A stretch of 64,000 nt of DNA, taken from IMG/VR virus record IMGVR_UViG_3300020475_000546, positions 1-64,000 of that record; one strand, 5' to 3'. The stretch's first letter is position 1. Each line of letters begins with the position of its first letter. The notes below the pieces were generated by a model. The model was not told where the DNA came from, did not search any database, and was given only the letters and a program-made list of their open reading frames with translations. This document shows, in pieces, positions 60,297 to 64,000 of this stretch. Position numbers and translations under genes: made by a program. The stretch is from an uncultured virus (IMG/VR IMGVR_UViG_3300020475_000546). Taxonomy: Duplodnaviria > Heunggongvirae > Uroviricota > Caudoviricetes.

Positions 60297-62063
60297 TCAT
60301 ATTTTACGCATGAATTGAGTAATATCCAAACCAGAATCAACGACTCTCGGTTTTAGGTCATCACCATAGGCGACTCTAAGATTTTGTCGTGAGTTAAGAT
60401 TTTGAGGACGGTTTTTGGTACTGCCTTGATGAACATTGAAACTTATCGGTTCAGTTCCATGCCAACAATCATCACAATTGTAATCTTCACAATTACCTCC
60501 TAACATAGAAGCGGGGCATGACTTAACTGAAGGATCTAAGGAAGATGCCGAGCTTGCCTTTATTCGAGGATGCTCTAATAATTCTTCATAACCTGCTGAG
60601 AAATCCTCTCCCAAGAGAGGCAAACCATACGCTTCATTTATTTCATTATCAACAGCTTGTCCTATCCATGGTAATGACAACATGACATTCATATTCTTAG
60701 GTATAGCATCCCATCCTCTTCTATCTAAGAATGATTTGACCCCTGCCGATTCTCTTGTAGGCAACCAATGTTCTAATTGAGGTGTTGCTGAAGCTATATC
60801 GTTCAACATAGCGAAATGTTGCGCCCCATAATCACGATCTGTTTCTTCTTCACCTTCTTGTAAATCCCCACTATCCATGTGCCTAAACTTGTTAGTGCCG
60901 TAATAAAACGATTCAGCTGGCGCACGGTGAGCAAAGGCAGAAGCGTAGCTCAAAGGGTCATCATCCGTTAGTCCGTGAAAGTTCCTCCATAGTTGAGTCT
61001 GTTTTGGGTTCAATGGGTATCTGCCTTGCTTTGCATAACACATTTTACCGTCTGAGCCACCGCAGGTTGAACCAGCTACCATACCTAATCGGCCACCTAC
61101 ATGACACAGATGCACAGGCAAACCGAAGGAAGCTCCGGGCATTTTATCCGGTGCGCCAAAACCTCCACTCGGATTCATACTAACTATTTTATTGGCTTCG
61201 CTCACGGGTCTTTTACCCGAAGTTCGCCCCATTGTGTCTGAAAACTTAGGGATTTTGACTTGTTCATCAACATCCCATCTAACCTTTCTATCGTCTTTGT
61301 ATCTATTCATTATGTCCTTGTTGTTTTCTAACCAATCAAATATCTGGCGACCATCACCCGGATATTTGCCCCCAAAGAACCGATCCCACCAAAACATATC
61401 ATCGGGGTCGCCAAGAGCTTTCAGTAGCAAAGAGCGAATGGTCATCGGTTCGCCAGTATGAATATCTTGGAATTGTTGGGTGAAAGGCAGGTGTTTTGAA
61501 TCGCCTCTTGGCTCGAAAGGTGTGCCGTCTTTTTTCCAACCGCCCGCATGAATGTCGCCTCTTCTGCCCGCATCAACGGTTTGCTCTTGCGATCTGTATG
61601 TTATTTCACTGGATAACGCTTCAGCAAAGTCCTCACTAAGATTCGCAGCTTCGTTTGCAGGGTTAAACAGCGACACAGCTAATTCCATGCGTTCATCTTC
61701 AGAAAGATTGGGGTTATGCTCAAACCTTGAAAACTGCGTTCTAAACTCATCTAACAAATCACGGTATCTGTTTATCTCGGAATGAGGTAGCAAACCCAAA
61801 GGTCGAGGATAAGGCAGGGGGTTAGAGAAGTATCTTTCATCATACGCCTCTCTCTCTTCTTCTGACATTTCTTCCCAATCACGGGGATTGCTACCTTTGC
61901 CGTGAGCTTCTTCCCAATACTCGTTTGGATGCTTTTCTGCATAGCCTTCTGGGACTAATCCAGTAGGATCATATTCAGCTTGAAAATCAAACCTATCGGG
62001 CTTATCATCGGATTCCTTAGTGATAGACCAACCCACTTCAAAAGGGCTAACGCTACCACTCAT
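60297..62063 (-). CDS. Gp88-like Cys-rich phage protein with an acidic N-terminal extension
   Basis: KMPGASFGLP..C..G..STC..CYAKQGRY, FRHMDSGDL, HWLPTRE, C-terminal CPA..C..C..CW; N-terminus FEVGWSITK. Confidence 0.7.
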   Translation of the reverse strand: MSGSVSPFEVGWSITKESDDKPDRFDFQAEYDPTGLVPEGYAEKHPNEYWEEAHGKGSNPRDWEEMSEEEREAYDERYFSNPLPYPRPLGLLPHSEINRYRDLLDEFRTQFSRFEHNPNLSEDERMELAVSLFNPANEAANLSEDFAEALSSEITYRSQEQTVDAGRRGDIHAGGWKKDGTPFEPRGDSKHLPFTQQFQDIHTGEPMTIRSLLLKALGDPDDMFWWDRFFGGKYPGDGRQIFDWLENNKDIMNRYKDDRKVRWDVDEQVKIPKFSDTMGRTSGKRPVSEANKIVSMNPSGGFGAPDKMPGASFGLPVHLCHVGGRLGMVAGSTCGGSDGKMCYAKQGRYPLNPKQTQLWRNFHGLTDDDPLSYASAFAHRAPAESFYYGTNKFRHMDSGDLQEGEEETDRDYGAQHFAMLNDIASATPQLEHWLPTRESAGVKSFLDRRGWDAIPKNMNVMLSLPWIGQAVDNEINEAYGLPLLGEDFSAGYEELLEHPRIKASSASSLDPSVKSCPASMLGGNCEDYNCDDCWHGTEPISFNVHQGSTKNRPQNLNSRQNLRVAYGDDLKPRVVDSGLDITQFMRKI

Positions 62064-62135
62064 GCTAACAATGTGTATTACCATTCATGAAAAGATTACC
62101 GCACTATTCATAATGAATTGTAGTATTAGTAATAT

Positions 62136-62230
62136 TGTGAGAGGAAGCAGACTCGTCTAAGCGTTCATTTTGACTCCCCTATTGTATGTGCTGCAATTTA
62201 CCATACATTCTTTCCTTGCTTCCTCTCGCA
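62136..62230 (+). ncRNA. candidate structured small RNA or regulatory hairpin
   Basis: Perfect 11-bp inverted repeat (62139-62149 / 62217-62227) extendable to 14 bp with one G-U on the + strand; AT-rich TATA-like sequence about 25 nt upstream. Confidence 0.35.
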
Positions 62231-62235
62231 CCTCA

Positions 62236-62373
62236 CTAAACCCCTAATTTTCTAGTTAGAGCTACGACAAAATCAATAATCTTCACCATAGGCCACAGTA
62301 TCATGGTTAATGGTAGCACTATCGCAAACGCCAACAATTCGACTAACATATCCGACTTAGAGCTGTCAGACAT
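62236..62373 (-). CDS. 45-aa single-TM peptide (not in the ORF track)
   Basis: MSDSSKSDMLVELLAFAIVLPLTMILWPMVKIIDFVVALTRKLGV; GGGGTG upstream. Confidence 0.45.
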   Translation of the reverse strand: MSDSSKSDMLVELLAFAIVLPLTMILWPMVKIIDFVVALTRKLGV

Positions 62374-62436
62374 GACAATGGCGCACCCCTATGCGTATAT
62401 GTTCCTTTTCAATCCGAACAACACCATTGATAAGAC

Positions 62437-62874
62437 TTAGAAATGCTCATTCCAATGTTCTTCGCAAAGCCAGCTCGCTGATCCTTCTCCGGCATTAACG
62501 CCTACGGATGGTTTCATGCACTCGCCCGTTTCATCACCATAATCACAGATTCGCTCGTCTGGATAATTTGGGTTTTCCTTTTGTGAACCCGGCCCGTGAG
62601 AGTAAGCTATATCAGCACACTTTTCACACACGCCACCATCGGGTGAAAATCTGTCGCAAACCTCAACCGAACATTCAGAAATACTTTCTATCGGCATCCC
62701 CGTTTCTTCATCCACATCCCAGCTCACAGGTTTCTCCATGTCATGGTCAATAATTCGGAATCCTCTCCGTTCTCCTTCTTCGTGATATTCTTTTACCCTC
62801 TCGCCCCATTCTCGGAGCTTTTCGGGGTCATCTGAAAACTTGACTATTTTCCAAGCCTTGTCGAATGCGGTCAT
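62437..62874 (-). CDS. FDKAW-motif Cys-rich acidic protein
   Basis: MTAFDKAWKIVK; several CxxC/CxxH. Confidence 0.7.
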   Translation of the reverse strand: MTAFDKAWKIVKFSDDPEKLREWGERVKEYHEEGERRGFRIIDHDMEKPVSWDVDEETGMPIESISECSVEVCDRFSPDGGVCEKCADIAYSHGPGSQKENPNYPDERICDYGDETGECMKPSVGVNAGEGSASWLCEEHWNEHF

Positions 62875-62879
62875 CTTAA

Positions 62880-63041
62880 TCATCTCGTATTTTCCAAATG
62901 TTCATTATGACATTCTCGGCATAAGCCATGATAAAAAGGGCCATCAAAAGGCACACGGGCAACAATTGGCTTATTTTCATTACATGAGTCGCATTCTTCT
63001 TCGTCTTTCACAATATCCCAAGCCTTGTCGAATGCGGTCAT
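62880..63041 (-). CDS. FDKAW-motif zinc-finger peptide
   Basis: MTAFDKAWDIVK; CDSC..CREC; GAGGTGAGG RBS. Confidence 0.7.
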   Translation of the reverse strand: MTAFDKAWDIVKDEEECDSCNENKPIVARVPFDGPFYHGLCRECHNEHLENTR

Positions 63042-63048
63042 CCTCACC

Positions 63049-63444
63049 TCACCTCCCAAACTCATCCCATTCCCATGAATCGGTATCAGTATGATTAGTA
63101 AAACCGCATTCCCAACAATTCATAACCATATCTTCCTCGTTTAGAAGGTATGCCTCCATATTCATATCACCACAGTTAGGGCATGGTTGAGGCACGATTC
63201 TGATTTCTGGATTAAAATCAGAACGGGGTTTTATCTCTTCATCTTCCTTCGTTGGTGAGTTAGGATTTCTCATTACCCCTGACTCAATCAATCTTCTATC
63301 ACTACAATCATTACAAAGCGACCCCGGTTTAACATCATGATAGGAGACACGGGATATGTTTTGTCCGGTAAGTTCTATTCCACAGGATGAACAATCGCTT
63401 TCAGAATCTTTAACAATGCCCCAAGCCTTGTCAAATGCGGTCAT
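63049..63444 (-). CDS. FDKAW-motif double zinc-ribbon protein
   Basis: MTAFDKAWGIVK; CSSC..CNDC, CPNC..CWEC. Confidence 0.7.
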   Translation of the reverse strand: MTAFDKAWGIVKDSESDCSSCGIELTGQNISRVSYHDVKPGSLCNDCSDRRLIESGVMRNPNSPTKEDEEIKPRSDFNPEIRIVPQPCPNCGDMNMEAYLLNEEDMVMNCWECGFTNHTDTDSWEWDEFGR

Positions 63445-64000
63445 CTGTAAGCCTCTACATAAGCTCGCATCAATTTAGAACCGTTTAATCCGAGAATGCG
63501 TGATACCTGCCTAACAGCATCCATGACTTCATAACCCTGCATGACTAACTCTCTTACATCATCTACATAGAAAGCTTCATCTGATTTCTTTACAGGGCCA
63601 GCCTTTCTTGCTCTATCAATCAGACCTTTTGAACCAAGAGCATTGGGGGCTGAATGTGAAGGCGGTTCGTTGTCAAACATATCCTTGAGCCTTTCATACT
63701 CATCTTCAATACCATCATTATCTGTTTCTAATATGTTAGCCATAACCTTTCGATTATGATCCTCACCAGTCGTTGGCTTCAAATCGCTAAACTTCTCTGG
63801 AACGCCTCTTGCACCTTCCTTCATCCTTCGCAGCTTTTCGTTAAACTTCTCTCCGAATCTTTCATTCTTAGCTACAGTCCAAGCCTTCTCAAAATTATCA
63901 GGTTGCATCAAACCGCCATCGGCATTATCATGCACATCGTCAATATGTGCGTTTAGCCCAAACTCTTGAGCTACTTGACCCAATGCCTTTTCCAATTCAA
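63441..64000 (-). CDS. partial protein with internal FEKAWTVAK motif
   Basis: Frame open to the window edge; ATGA overlap with the downstream gene. Confidence 0.6.
   Translation of the reverse strand, partial: ELEKALGQVAQEFGLNAHIDDVHDNADGGLMQPDNFEKAWTVAKNERFGEKFNEKLRRMKEGARGVPEKFSDLKPTTGEDHNRKVMANILETDNDGIEDEYERLKDMFDNEPPSHSAPNALGSKGLIDRARKAGPVKKSDEAFYVDDVRELVMQGYEVMDAVRQVSRILGLNGSKLMRAYVEAYR

Larger units (their letters stand above)
62851..63445. repeat. three 25-nt direct repeats at gene starts (62851-62875, 63018-63042, 63421-63445)
   Basis: ccaagccttgtc[g/a]aatgcggtcatc; at most one mismatch between copies. Confidence 0.9.

Noticed and set aside
62136..62230. tRNA gene
   Set aside because: No T-loop GTTCRA or cloverleaf; kept only as a generic structured-RNA candidate
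62851..63445. 25-nt direct repeats as a possible CRISPR or mini-array
   Set aside because: Spacing is irregular (142 and 378 nt between repeats) and the repeats encode gene starts; no cas genes
932..63956. Numerous plus-strand ORFs in the track (e.g. 932-1405, 16630-17151, 38989-39498, 40643-41185)
   Set aside because: All are antisense shadows of long minus-strand genes, with no RBS or recognisable motifs
1..64000. Alternative genetic code or provirus boundary
   Set aside because: Very long ORFs under the standard code with all three stops used; no integrase, att site or host genes seen

Overview
This 64 kb window holds the virion morphogenesis region of a large head-tail archaeal virus (Caudoviricetes), with all credible genes on the minus strand. 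My best inference is a magrovirus-like virus of marine Poseidoniales (MG-II), based on GGTGA ribosome-binding sites, TATA-like leaderless promoters and halovirus-like head gene order. Reading right to left: (1) small genes sharing an N-terminal FDKAW-x-hydrophobic-x-K motif, plus a Gp88-like protein; (2) an RHH-led operon with an Arf/Sar-like small GTPase, membrane proteins and an EF-hand/Zn protein; (3) TerS, several low-complexity proteins, TerL, a degenerate LAGLIDADG protein, portal, a degenerate ATP-dependent ligase polyprotein, prohead protease/scaffold, MCP and minor capsid proteins; (4) adaptor, a 2855-aa tail-terminator/fibre fusion, adhesin, methyltransferase, tail tube, tail chaperones with a -1 frameshift, tape measure and giant tail-tip proteins. 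The two strongest candidates for undescribed biology are the viral small-GTPase/membrane operon and a peptide-tagged cargo-cassette system probably processed by a Lys-specific prohead protease. All calls come from reading motifs by eye; no database searches were run.
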